Origin: Eledone cirrhosa
Lineage: Eukaryota
Assembly (NCBI GenBank): GCA_964016885.1
Contig: OZ024743.1
Coordinates: 270,258,001-270,322,000, forward strand
Reading direction: 5' to 3'
Length of the DNA stretch: 64,000 bases
Both the position numbers and the translations under genes were made by a program. This document shows positions 1 to 12,911 of the stretch, one piece after another; position 1 is the stretch's first letter; every line of letters begins with the position of its first letter. Below the pieces are notes generated by a model that had not been told where the DNA came from, searched no databases, and was given only the letters and a program-made list of their open reading frames with translations.

Positions 1-3000
1 GTGGTGTTGATGTTAGTGGTGTTGGTAGTAGTGTTTGAGGAGGTGTTGATGTTAGTGGTGTTGGGGTAGTGTTTGAGGTGGTGTTGATGTTGGTGGTGTT
101 GGTAGTAGTGTTTGAGGAGGTGTTGATGTTAGTGGTGTTGGGGTAGTGTTTGAGGTGGTGTTGATGTTAGTGGTGTTGGTAGTAGTGTTTGAGGTTGTAT
201 TGATGTTAGTGGTATTGGTAGTAGTGTTTGAGGAGGTGTTGATGTTAGTGGTATTGTGGTAGTGTTTGAGGTGGTGTTGATGTTAGTGGTGTCGGGGTAG
301 TGTTTGAGGTGGTGTTGATGTTAGTGGTGTTGGTAGTAGTGTTTGAGGTTGTATTGATGTTAGTGGTATTGGTAGTAGTGTTTGAGGAGGTGTTGATGTT
401 AGTGGTATTGGGGTAGTGTTTGAGGTGGTGTTGATGTTAGTGGTGTTGGTAGTAGTGTTTGAGGTGGTATTGATGTTAGTGGTGTTGGTAGTAGTGTTTG
501 AGGTGGTGTTGATGTTAGTGGTATTGGTAGTAGTGTTTGAGGAGGTGTTGATGTTAGTGGTGTTGGTAGTAGTGTTTGAGGTGGTGTTGATGTTAGTGGT
601 GTTGGGGGTAGTGTTTGAGGTGGTGTTGGTGTTAGTGGTGTTGGTAGTATTGTTTGAGGTGGTGTTGATGTTAGTGGTATTGGTAGTAGTGTTTGAGGTG
701 GTGTTGATGTTAGTGGTGTTGGTAGTAGTGTTTGAGGTTGTATTGATGTTAGTGGTATTGGTAGTAGTGTTTGAGGAGGTGTTGATGTTAGTGGTGTTGG
801 TAGTAGTGTTTGAGGTGGTGTTGATGTTAGTGGTGTTGGGGGTAGTGTTTGAGGTGATGTTGAAGTTAGCGGTGTTGGTAGTAGTGTTTGAGGTGGTGTT
901 GATGTTAGTGGTATTGGTAGTAGTGTTTGAGGTGGTGTTGATGTTAGTTGTATTGGGGTAGTGTTTGAGGTGGTGTTGGTGTTAGTGGTGTTGGCAGTAT
1001 TGTTTGAGGTGGTGTTGATGTTAGTGGTATTGGTAGTAGTGTTTGAGGTGGTGTTGATGTTAGTGGTGTTGGTAGTAGTGTTTGAGGTGGTGTTGATGTT
1101 AGCGGTGTTGGTAGTAGTGTTTGAGGTGGTGTTGATGTTAGTGGTGTTGGGGGTAGTGTTTGAGGTGGTGTTGGTGTTAGTGGTGTTGGCAGTATTGTTT
1201 GAGGTGGTGTTGATGTTAGTGGTATTGGTAGTAGTGTTTGAGGTGGTGTTGATGTTAGTGGTGTTGGTAGTAGTGTTTGAGGTGGTGTTGATGTTAGTGG
1301 TGTTGGTAGTAGTGTTTGAGGAGGTGTTGATGTTAGTGGTGTTGGGGTAGTGTTTGAGGTGGTGTTGATGTTAGTGGTGTTGGTAGTAGTGTTTGAGGAG
1401 GTGTTGATGTTAGTTGTGTTGGGGTAGTGTTTTAGGTGGTGTTGATGTTAGTGGTGTTGGTAGTAGTGTTTGAGGTTGTATTGATGTTAGTGGTATTGGT
1501 AGTAGTGTTTGAGGAGGTGTTGATGTTAGTGGTATTGGGGTAGTGTTTGAGGTGGTGTTGATGTTAGTGGTGTTGGGGTAGTGTTTGAGGTGGTGTTGAT
1601 GTTAGTGGTGTTGGTAGTAGTGTTTGAGGTTGTATTGATGTTAGTGGTATTGGTAGTAGTGTTTGAGGAGGTGTTGATGTTAGTGGTATTGGTAGTAGTG
1701 TTTGAGGTGGTGTTGGTAGTAGTGTTTGAGGAGGTTTTGATGTTAGTGGTGTTGGTAGTAGTGTTTGAGGTGGTGTTGATGTTAGTGGTATTGGTAGTAG
1801 TGTTTGAGGAGGTGTTGATGTTAGTGGTGTTGGTAGTAGTGTTTGAGGTGGTGTTGATGTTAGTGGTGTTGGTAGTAGAGTTTGAGGTGGTGTTGATGTT
1901 AGTGGTGTTGGTAGTAGTGTTTGAGGAGGTGTTGATGTTAGTGATGTTGGTAGTAGTGTTTGAGGTGGTGTTGATGTTAGTGGTGTTGGGGGTAGTGTTT
2001 GAGGTGGTGTTGATGTTAGCGGTGTTGGTAGTAGTGTTTGAGGTGGTGTTGATGTTAGGGGTGTTGGGGGTAGTGTTTGAGGTGGTGTTGGTGTTAGTGG
2101 TGTTGGTAGTATTGTTTGAGGTGGTGTTGATGTTAGTGGTATTGGTAGTAGTGTTTGAGGTGGTGTTGATGTTAGTGGTGTTGGTAGTAGTGTTTGAGGT
2201 TGTATTGATGTTAGTGGTATTGGTAGTAGTGTTTGAGGAGGTGTTGATGTTAGTGGTGTTGGTAGTAGTGTTTGAGGTGGTGTTGATGTTAGTGGTATTG
2301 GTAGTAGTGTTTGAGGAGGTGTTGATGTTAGTGGTGTTGGTAGTAGTGTTTGAGGTGGTGTTGATGTTAGTGGCGTTGGTAGTAGTGTTTGAGGTGGTGT
2401 TGATGTTAGTGGTGTTGGTAGTAGTGTTTGAGGAGGTGTTGATGTTAGTGGTGTTGGTAGTAGTGTTTGAGGTGGTGTTGATGTTAGTGGTGTTGGTAGT
2501 ATTGTTTGAGGTGGTGTTGATGTTAGTGGTATTGGTAGTAGTGTTTGAGGTGGTGTTGATGTTAGTGGTGTTGGTAGTAGTGTTTGAGGTTGTATTGATG
2601 TTAGTGGTATTGGTAGTAGTGTTTGAGGAGGTGTTGATGTTAGTGGTGTTGGTAGTAGTGTTTGAGGAGGTGTTGATGTTAGTGGTGTTGGTAGTAGTGT
2701 TTGAGGTGGTGTTGATGTTAGTGGTATTGGTAGTAGTGTTTGAGGAGGTGTTGATGTTAGTGGTGTTGGTAGTAGTGTTTGAGGTGGTGTTGATGTTAGT
2801 GGCGTTGGTAGTAGTGTTTGAGGTGGTGTTGATTTTAGTGGTGTTGTTAGTAGTGTTTGAGGAGGTGTTGATGTTAGTGGTGTTGGTAGTAGGGTTTGAG
2901 GTGGTGTTGATGTTAGTGGTGTTGGGGGTAGTGTTTGAGGTGGTGTTGATGTTAGCGGTGTTGGTAGTAGTGTTTGAGGTGGTGTTGATGTTAGTGGTGT

Positions 3001-6000
3001 TGGTAGTAGTGTTTGAGGTGGTGTTGATGTTAGTGGTGTTGGCAGTATTGTTTGAGGTGGTGTTGATGTTAGTGGTATTGGTAGTAGTGTTTGAGGTGGT
3101 GTTGATGTTAGTGGTGTTGGTAGTAGTGTCTGAGGTGGTGTTGATGTTAGTGATGTTGGTAGTAGTGTTTGAGGTGGTGTTGATGCTAGTGGTGTTGGTA
3201 GTAGTGTTTGAGGTGGTGTTGATGTTAGTGGTGTTGGTAGTAGTGTTTGAGGTGGTGTTGATGTTAGTGGTGTTGGTAGTAGTGTTTGAGGTGGTGTTGA
3301 TGTTAGTGGTGTTGGTAGTAGTGTTTGAGGTGGTGTTGATGTTAGTGGTGTTGTTAGTAGTGTTTGAGGTGGTGTTGATGTTAGTGGTGTTGGGGGTAGT
3401 GTTTGAGGTGGTGTTGATGTTAGCGGTGTTGGTAGTAGTGTTTGAGGTGGTGTTGATGTTAGTGGTGTTGGGGGTAGTGTTTGAGGTGGTGTTGGTGTTA
3501 GTGGTGTTGGCAGTATTGTTTGAGGTGGTGTTGATGTTAGTGGTATTGGTAGTAGTGTTTGAGGTGGTGTTGATGTTAGTGGTGTTGGTAGTAGTGTTTG
3601 AGGTGGTGTTGATGCTAGTGGTGTTGGTAGTAGTGTTTGAGGTGGTGTTGATGTTAGTGGTGTTGGTAGTAGTGTTTGAGGTGGTGTTGATGTTAGTGGT
3701 GTTGGTAGTAGTGTTTGAGGTGGTGTTGATGTTAGTGGTGTTGGTAGTAGTGTTTGAGGTGGTGTTGATGTTAGTGGTGTTGTTAGTAGTGTTTGAGGTG
3801 GTGTTGATGTTAGTGGTGTTGGTAGTAGTGTTTGAGGTGGTGTTGATGTTAGTGGTGTTGGGGGTAGTGTTTGAGGTGGTGTTGATGTTAGTGGTGTTGG
3901 TAGTAGTGTCTGAGGTGGTGTTGATGTTAGTGGTGTTGGTAGTAGTGTTTGAGGTGGTGTTGATGTTAGTGGTGTTGGTAGTAGTGTTTGAGGTGGTGTT
4001 GATGTTAGTGGTGTTGGTAGTAGTGTTTGAGGTGGTGTTGATGTTAGTGGTGTTGGTAGTAGTGTTTGAGGTGGTGTTGATGTTAGTGGTGTTGGGGGTA
4101 GTGTTTGAGGTGGTGTTGATGTTAGTGGTGTTGGTAGTAGTGTTTGATGTGGTGTTGATGTTAGTGGTGTTGGTAGTAGTGTCTGAGGTGGTGTTGATGT
4201 TAGTGGTGTTGGTAGTAGTGTTTGAGGTGGTGTTGATGTTAGTGGTGTTGGTGGTAGTGTTTGAGGTGGTGTTGATGTTAGTGGTGTTGGGGGTAGTGTT
4301 TGAGGTGGTGTTGATGTTAGTGGTGTTGGTAGTAGTGTCTGAGGTGGTGTTGATGTTAGTGGTGTTGGTAGTAGTGTTTGAGGTGGTGTTGATGTTAGTG
4401 GTGTTGGTAGTAGTGTTTGAGGTGGTGTTGATGTTAGTGGTGTTGGTAGTAGTGTTTGAGGTGGTGTTGATGTTAGTGGTGTTGGTAGTAGTGTTTGAGG
4501 TGGTGTTGATGTTAGTGGTGTTGGTAGTAGTGTTTGAGGTGGTGTTGATGTTAGTGGTGTTGGTAGTAGTGTTTGAGGTGGTGTTGATGTTAGTGGTGTT
4601 GGTAGTAGTGTTTGAGGTGGTGTTGATGTTAGTGGTGTTGGTAGTAGTGTTTGACGAGGTGTTGATGTTAGTGGTGTTGGGGTAGTGTTTGAGGTGGTGT
4701 TGATGTTAGTGGTGTTGGTAGTAGTGTTTGAGGTTGTATTGATGTTTGTGGTATTGGTAGTAGTGTTTGAGGAGGTGTTGATGTTAGTGGTATTGGGGTA
4801 GTGTTTGAGGTGGTGCTGATGTTAGTGGTGTTGGGGGTAGTGTTTGAGGTGGTGTTGGTGTTAGTGGTGTTGGTAGTAGTGTTTGAGGTGGTGTTGATGT
4901 TAGTGGTGTTGGTAGTAGTGTTTGAGGTGGTGTTGATGTTAGTGGTGTTGGGGTAGTGTTTGAGGTGGTGTTGGTGTTAGTGGTGTTGGTAGAAGTGTTT
5001 GAGGTGGTGTTGATGTTAGCGGTGTTGGTAGTAGTGTTTGAGGTGGTGTTGATGTTAGTGGTGTTGGTAGTAGTGTTTGAGGTGGTGTTGATGTTAGTGG
5101 TGTTGGGGTAGTGTTTGAGGTGGTGTTGATGTTAGCGGTGTTGGTAGTAGTGTTTGAGGTGGTGTTGATGTTAGTGGTGTTGGGGGTAGTGTTTGAGGTG
5201 GTGTTGGTGTTAGTGGTGTTGGTAGTAGTCTTTGAGGTGGTGTTGATGTTAGTGGTGTTGGCAGTAGTGTTTGGGGTGGTGTTGATGTTAGTGGTGTTGG
5301 CAGTAGTGTTTGAGGTGGTGTTGATGTTAGTGGTATTGGGAGTAGTGTTTGAGGTGGTGTTGATGTTAGCGGTGTTGGTAGTAGTGTTTGAGGTGGTGTT
5401 GATGTTAGTGGTGTTGGTAGTAGTGTTCGAGGTGGTGTTGATGTTAGTGGTATTGGTAGTAGTTTTTGAGGTGGTGTTGATGTTAGTGGTGTTGGTAGTA
5501 GTGTTTGAGGTGGTGTTGATGTTAGTGCTGTTGGCAGTAGTGTTTGGGGTGGTGTTGATGTTAGTGGTGTTGGCAGTAGTGTTTGAGGTGGTGTTGATGT
5601 TAGTGGTATTGGGAGTAGTGTTTGAGGTGGTGTTGATGTTAGTGGTGTTGGTAGTAGTTTTTGAGGTGGTGTTGATGTTAGTGGTATTGGTAGTAGTGTT
5701 TGAGGTGGTGTTGATGTTAGTGGTGTTGGGGTAGTGTTTGAGGTGGTGTTGATGTTAGTGCTGTTGGTAGTAGTGTCTGAGGTGGTGTTGATGTTAGTGG
5801 TGTTGGTAGTAGTGTTTGAGGTGGTGTTGATGCTAGTGGTGTTGGTAGTAGTGTTTGAGGTGGTGTTGATGTTAGTGGTGTTGGTAGTAGTGTTTGAGGT
5901 GGTGTTGATGTTAGTGGTGTTGGTAGTAGTGTTTGAGGTGGTGTTGATGTTAGTGGTGTTGGTAGTAGTTTTTGAGGTGGTGTTGATGTTAGTGGTGTTG

Positions 6001-9000
6001 GTAGTAGTGTTTGAGGTGGTGTTGATGTTAGTGGTGTTGGGGTAGTGTTTGAGGTGGTGTTGATGTTAGTGGTGTTGGTAGTAGTGTCTGAGGTGGTGTT
6101 GATGTTAGTGGTGTTGGTAGTAGTGTTTGAGGTGGTGTTGATGCTAGTGGTGTTGGTAGTAGTGTTTGAGGTGGTGTTGATGTTAGTGGTGTTGGTAGTA
6201 GTGTTTGAGGTGGTGTTGATGTTAGTGGTGTTGGTAGTAGTGTTTGAGGTGGTGTTGATGTTAGTGGTGTTGGTAGTAGTGTTTGAGGTGGTGTTGATGT
6301 TAGTGGTTTTGGTAGTAGTGTTTGAGGTGGTGTTGATGTTAGTGGTGTTAGTAGTAGTGTTTGCGGTGGTGTTGATGTTAGTGGTGTTGGTAGTAGTGTT
6401 TGAGGTGGTGTTGCTGTTAGTGGTGTTGGTAGTAGTGTTTGAGGTGGTGTTGATGTTAGTGGTGTTGGTAGTAGTGTTTGAGGTGGTGTTGATGTTAGTG
6501 GTGTTGGGGGTAGTGTTTGAGGTGGTGTTGATGTTAGTGGTGTTGGTAGTAGTGTCTGAGGTGGTGTTGATGTTAGTGGTGTTGGTAGTAGTGTTTGAGG
6601 TGGTGTTGATGTTAGTGGTGTTGGTAGTAGTGTTTGAGGTGGTGTTGATGTTAGTGGTGTTGGTAGTAGTGTTTGAGGAGGTGTTGATGTTAGTGGTGTT
6701 GGTAGTAGTGTTTGAGGTGGTGTTGATGTTAGTGCTGTTGGTAGTAGTGTTTGAGGTGGTGTTGATGTTAGTGGTGTTGGTAGTAGTGTTTGAGGAGGTG
6801 TTGATGTTAGTGGTATTGGTAGTAGTGTTTGAGGTGGTGTTGATGTTAGTGGTATTGGTAGTAGTGTTTGAGGTGGTGTTGATGTTAGTGGTGTTGGTAG
6901 TAGTGTTTGAGGTGGTGTTGATGTTAGTGGTGTTGGTAGTAGTGTTTGAGGTGGTGTTGATGTTAGTGGTGTTGGTAGTAGTGTTTGAGGTGGTGTTGAT
7001 GTTAGTGGTATTGGTAGTAGTGTTTGAGGTGGTGTTGATGTTAGTGGTGTTGGTAGTAGTGTTTGAGGTGTTGTTGATGTTAGTGGTGTTGGTAGTAGTG
7101 TTTGAGGTGGTGTTGATGTTAGTGGTATTGGTAGTAGTGTTTGAGGTGGTGTTGATGTTAGTGGTGTTGGTAGTAGTGTTTGAGGTGGTGTTGATGTTAG
7201 TGGTGTTGGTAGTAGTGTTTGAGGTGGTGTTGATGTTAGTGGTGTTGGGGGTAGTGTTTGAGGTGGTGTTGATGTTAGTGGTGTTGGTAGTAGTGTTTGA
7301 GGTGGTGTTGATGTTAGTGGTGTTGGTAGTAGTGTTTGAGGAGGTGTTGATGTTAGTGGTGTTGGTAGTAGTGTTTGAGGTGGTGTTGATGTTAGTGGTG
7401 TTGGGGGTAGTGTTTGAGGGGGCGTTGATGTTAGTGGTGTTGGTAGTAGTGTTTGAGGTGGTGTTGATGTTAGTGGTGTTGGGGGTAGTGTTTGAGGGGG
7501 CGTTGATGTTAGTGGTGTTGGTAGTAGTGTCTGAGGTAGCGTTGGTGTTAGTGGTGTTGGTAGTAGTGCTTGAGGTGGTGTTGATGTTAGTGGTGTTGGT
7601 AGTAGTGTTTCAGGTGGTGTTGATGTTAGTGGTGTTGGTAGTAGTGTTTGAGGTGGTGTTGATGTTAGTGGTGTTGGTAGTAGTGTTTGAGGTGGTGTTG
7701 ATGTTAGTGGTGTTGGTAGTAGTGTTTGAGGTGGTGTTGATGTTAGTGGTGTTGGTAGTAGTGTTTGAGGAGGTGTTGATGTTAGTGGTGTTGGGGTAGT
7801 GATAGAGGTGGTGTTGATGTTAGTGGTGTTGGTAGTAGTGTTTGAGGAGTTGTTGATGTTAGTGGTGTTGGGGTAGTGTTTGAGGTGGTGTTGATGTTAG
7901 TGGTGTTGGTAGTAGTGTTTGAGGTTGTATTGATGTTAGTGGTATTGGTAGTAGTGTTTGAGGAGGTGTTGATGTTAGTGGTATTGGGGTAGTGTTTGAG
8001 GTGGTGTTGATGTTAGTGGTGTTGGGGTAGTGTTTGAGGTGGTGTTGATGTTAGTGGTGTTGGTAGTAGTGTTTGAGGTTGTATTGATGTTAGTGGTATT
8101 GGTAGTAGTGTTTGAGGAGGTGTTGATGTTAGTGGTATTGGGGTAGTGTTTGAGGTGGTGTTGATGTTAGTGGTGTTGGTAGTAGTGTTTGAGGTGGTGT
8201 TGATGTTAGTGGTGTTGGTAGTAGTATTTGAGGTGGTGTTGATGTTAGTGGTGTTGGTAGTAGTGTTTGAGGTGGTGTTGATGTTAGTGGTGTTGGGGGT
8301 AGTGTTTGAGGGGGTGTTGATGTTAGTGGTGTTGGTAGTAGTGTCTGAGGTGGTGTTGGTGTTAGCGGTGTTGGTAGTAGTGTTTGACATGGTGTTGATG
8401 TTAGTGGTGTTGGTAGTAGTTTTTGAGGTGGTGTTGATGTTAGTGGTGTTGGTAGTAGTGTTTGAGGTGGTGTTGATGTTAGTGGTGTTGGTAGTAGTGT
8501 TTCAGGTGGTGTTGATGTTAGTGGTGTTGGGGGTAGTGTTTGAGGTGGTGTTGATGTTAGTGGTGTTGGTAGTAGTGTTTCAGGTGGTGTTGATGTTAGT
8601 GGTGTTGGGGGTAGTGTTTGAGGTGGTGTTGATGTTAGTGGTGTTGGTAGTAGTGTTTGAGGTGGTGTTAATGTTAGTGGTATTGGTAGTAGTGTTTGAG
8701 GTGGTGTTGATGTTAGTGGTATTGGTAGTAGTGTTTGAGGTGGTGTTGATGTTAGTGGTGTTGATAGTATTGTTTGAGGTGGTGTTGATGTTAGTGGTGT
8801 TGGTAGTAGTGTTTGAGGTGGTGTTGATGTTACTGGTGTTGGTAGTAGTGTTTGAGGTGGTGTTGATGTTAGTGGTGTTGGTAGTAGTGTTTCAGGTGGT
8901 GTTGATGTTAGTGGTGTTGGGGGTAGTGTTTGAGGTGGTGTTGATGTTAGTGGTGTTGGTAGTAGTGTTTGAGGTGGTGTTGATGTTAGTGGTGTTGGGG

Positions 9001-12000
9001 GTAGTGTTTGAGGTGGTGTTGATGTTAGTGGTGTTGGTAGTAGTGTTTGAGGTGGTGTTAATGTTAGTGGTATTGGTAGTAGTGTTTGAGGTGGTGTTGA
9101 TGTTAGTGGTATTGGTAGTAGTGTTTGAGGTGGTGTTGATGTTAGTGGGGTTGATAGTATTGTTTGAGGTGGTGTTGATGTTAGTGGTGTTGGTAGTAGT
9201 GTTTGAGGAGGTGTTGATGTTAGTGATTTTGGTAGTAGTGTTTGAGGTGGTGTTGATGTTAGTGGTGTTGGGGGTAGTGTTTGAGGTGGTGTTGGTGTTA
9301 GTGGTGTTGGTAGTAGTGCTTGAGGTGGTGTTGATGTTAGTGGTGTTGGTAGTAGTGTTTCAGGTGGTGTTGATGTTAGTGGAGTTGGGGTAGTGTTTGA
9401 GGTGGTGTTGATGTTAGTGGTGTTGGTAGTAGTGTTTGAGGTGGTATTGATGTTAGTGGTATTGGTAGTAGTGTTTGAGGAGGTGTTGATGTTAGTGGTG
9501 TTGGTAGTAGTGTTTGAGGTGGTGTTGATGTTAGTGGTGTTGGTAGTAGTGTTTGAGGTGGTGTTGATGTTACTGGTGTTGGTAGTAGTGTTTGAGGTGG
9601 TGTTGATGTTAGTGGTGTTGGTAGTAGTGTTTGAGGTGGTGTTGATGTTAGTGGTATTGGTAGTAGTGTTTGAGGTGGTGTTGATGTTAGAGGTGTTGGT
9701 AGTAGTGTTTGAGGTGGTGTTGATGTTAGAGGTGTTGGTAGTAGTGTTTGAGGTGGTGTTGATGTTAGTGGTATTGGTAGTAGTGTTTGAGGTGGTGTTG
9801 ATGTTAAAGGTGTTGGTAGTAGTGTTTGAGGTGGTGTTGATGTTAGTGGTGTTGGTAGTAGTGTTTGGGGTGGTGTTGATGTTAGTGGTGTTGGTAGTAG
9901 TGTTTGATGTGGTGTTGATGTTAGTGGTGTTGGTAGTAGTGTTTGGGGTGGTGTTCATGTTTGTGGTGTTGGGGGTAGTGTTTGAGGTGGTGTTGATGTT
10001 AGTGGTGTTGGTAGTAGTGTTTGAGGTGGTGTTGATGTTAGTGGTGTTGGTAGTAGTGTTTGATGTGGTGTTGGTGTTAGTGGTGTTGGTAGTAGTGTTT
10101 GAGGTGGTGTTGATGTTAGTGGTGTTGGTAGTAGTGTTTCAGGTGGTGTTGATGTTAGTGGTGTTGGTAGTAGTGTTTGAGGTGGTGTTGATGTTAGAGG
10201 TGTTGGTAGTAGTGTTTGAAGTGGTGTTGATGTTTGTGGTGTTGGTAGTAGTGTTTGAGGAGGTGTTGATGTTAGTGGTGTTGGCAGTAGTGTTTGAGGT
10301 GGTGTTGATGTTAGTGGTATTGGTAGTAGTGTTTGAGGTGGTGTTGATGTTAGCGGTGTTGGTAGTAGTGTTTGAGGTGGTGTTGATGTTAGCGGTGTTG
10401 GTAGTAGTGTTTGAGGTGGTGTTGATGTTTGTGGTGTTGGGGGTAGTGTTTGAGGTGGTGTTGATGTTAGTGGTGTTGGTAGTAGTGTTTGAGGTGGTGT
10501 TGATGTTAGTGGTGTTGGTAGTAGTGTTTGAGGAGGTGTTGATGTTAGTGGTGTTGGTAGTAGTGTTTGAGGTGGTGTTGATGTTAGTGGTATTGGTAGT
10601 AGTGTTTGAGGTGGTGTTGATGTTAGTGGTGTTGGTAGTAGTGTTTGAGGTGGTGGTGGTGTTAGTGGTGTTGGTAGTAGTGTTTGAGGTGGTGTTGATG
10701 TCAGTGGTGTTGGGGGTAGTGTTTGAGGTGGTGTTGATGTTAGTGGTGTTGGTAGTAGTGTTTGAAATGGTGTTGATGTTAGTGGTGTTGGGGGTAGTGT
10801 TTGAGGTGGTATTGATGTTAGCGGTGTTGGTAGTAGTGTTTGAGGTGGTTTTGATGTTAGTGGTGTTGGGGGTAGTGTTTGAGGAGGTGTTGATGTTAGT
10901 GGTGTTGGTAGTAGTGTTTGAGGTGGTGTTGATGTTAGTGGTGTTGGTAGTAGTGTTTGAGGTGGTGTTGATGTTAGTGGTATTGGTAGTAGTGTTTGAG
11001 GTGGTGTTGTTGTTAGTGCTGTTAGGGGTAGTGTTTTAGGTGGTGTTGATGTTAGTGGTGTTGGTAGTAGTGTCTGAGGTGGTGTTGATGTTAGTGGTGT
11101 TGGTAGTAGTGTTTGAGGTGGTGTTGATGTTAGTGGTGTTGGTAGTAGTGTCTGAGGTGGTGTTGATGTTAGTGGTGTTGGTAGTAGTGTTTGAGGTGGT
11201 GTTGATGTTAGTGGTGTTGGTAGTAGTGTTTGAGGTGGTGTTGATGTTAGTGGTGTTGGTAGTAGTGTTTGAGGTGGTGTTGATGTCAGTGGTGTTGGTA
11301 GTAGTGTTTGAGGTGGTGTTGATGTTAGTGGTGTTGGTAGTAGTGTTTGAGGTGGTGTTGATGCTAGTGGTTTTGGTAGTAGTGTTTGAGGTGGTGTTGA
11401 TGTTAGTGGTGTTGGTAGTAGTGTTTAAGGTGGTGTTGATGCTAGTGGTTTTGGTAGTAGTGTTTGAGGTGGTGTTGATGTTAGTGGTGTTGGTAGTAGT
11501 GTTTGAGGTGGTGTTGATGTTAGTGGTGTTGGTAGTAGTGTTTGAGGTGGTGTTGATGTTAGTGGTGTTGGTAGTAGTGTTTGAGGTGTTGTTGATGTTA
11601 GTGGTGTTGGTAGTAGTGTTTGAGGTGGTGTGGATGCTAGTGGTTTTGGTAGTAGTAATTGAGGTGGTGTTGATGTTAGTGGTGTGGGTAGTAGTGTTTG
11701 AGGTGGTGTTGATGTTAGTGGTGTTGGTAGTAGTGTTTGAGGTGGTGTTGATGTTAGTGGTGTTGGTAGTAGTGTTTGAGGTGGTGTTGATGTTAGTGGT
11801 GTTGGTAGTAGTGTTTGAGTTGGTGTTGATGTTAGTGGTGTTGGTAGTAGTGTCTGAGGTGGTGTTGATGTTAGTGGTGTTGGTAGTAGTGTTTGAGGTG
11901 GTGTTGATGTTAGTGGTGTTGGTAGTAGTGTTTGAGGTGGTGTTGATGTTAGTGGTGTTGGTAGTAGTGTTTGAGGAGGTGTTGATTTTAGTGGTGTTGG

Positions 12001-12911
12001 TAGTAGTGTTTGAGGTGGTGTTGATGTTAGTGGTGTTGGTAGTAGTGTTTGAGGTGGTGTTGATGTTAGTGGTGTTGATGTTAGTGGTGTTGGTAGTAGT
12101 GTTTGAGGAGGTGTTGATGTTAGTGGTATTGGTAGTAGTGTTTGAGGTGGTGTTGATGTTAGTGGAATTGGTAGTAGTGTTTGAGGTGGTGTTGATGTTA
12201 GTGGTGTTGGTAGTAGTGTTTGAGGTGGTGTTGATGTTAGTGGTGTTGGTAGTAGTGTTTGAGGTGGTGTTGCTGTTAGTGGTGTTGGTAGTAGTGTTTG
12301 AGGTGGTGTTGATGTTAGTGGTATTGGTAGTAGTGTTTGAGGTGGTGTTGATGTTAGTGGTGTTGGTAGTAGTGTTTGAGGTGTTGTTGACGTTAGTTGT
12401 GTTGGTAGTAGTGTTTGAGGTGGTGTTGATGTTAGTGGTATTGGTAGTAGTGTTTGAGGTGGTGTTGATGTTAGTGGTGTTGATAGTAGTGTTTGAGGTG
12501 GTGTTGATGTTAGTGGTGTTGGTAGTAGTGTTTGAGGAGGTGTTGATGTTAGTGGTGTTGGTAGTAGTGTTTGAGGTGGTGTTGATGTTAGTGGAGTTGG
12601 GGGTAGTGTTTGAGGGGGTGTTGATGTTAGTGGTGTTGGTAGTAGTGTCTGAGGTGGTGTTGGTGTTAGTGGTGTTGGTAGTAGTGTTTGAGGTGGTGTT
12701 GATGTTAGTGGTGTTGGTAGTAGTGTTTGAGGTAGTGTTGATGTTAGTGGTGTTGGTAGTAGTGTTTGAGGTGGTGTTGATGTTAGTGGTGTTGGGGGTA
12801 GTGTTTGAGGGGGTGTTGATGTTAGTGGTGTTGATGTTAGTGGTGTTGGTAGTAGTGTTTGAGGAGGTGTTGATGTTAGTGGTATTGGTAGTAGTGTTTG
12901 AGGTGGTGTTG
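1..12911 (+). repeat. 39-bp tandem satellite/minisatellite array, GT-rich strand on + (left part, continues beyond window start)
   Basis: Uninterrupted copies of GTTTGAGGTGGTGTTGATGTTAGTGGTGTTGGTAGTAGT, mostly with 0-2 substitutions per monomer. The ORF track shows 13-aa periodicity. Confidence 0.98.
8480..9180 (+). repeat. Local tandem duplication, period 390 bp (10 monomers)
   Basis: Variants GTGTTAATG (8666, 9056), TTGATAGTATTG (8761, 9151) and TTCAGG (8501, 8891) recur at +390. Ends approximate. Confidence 0.8.
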
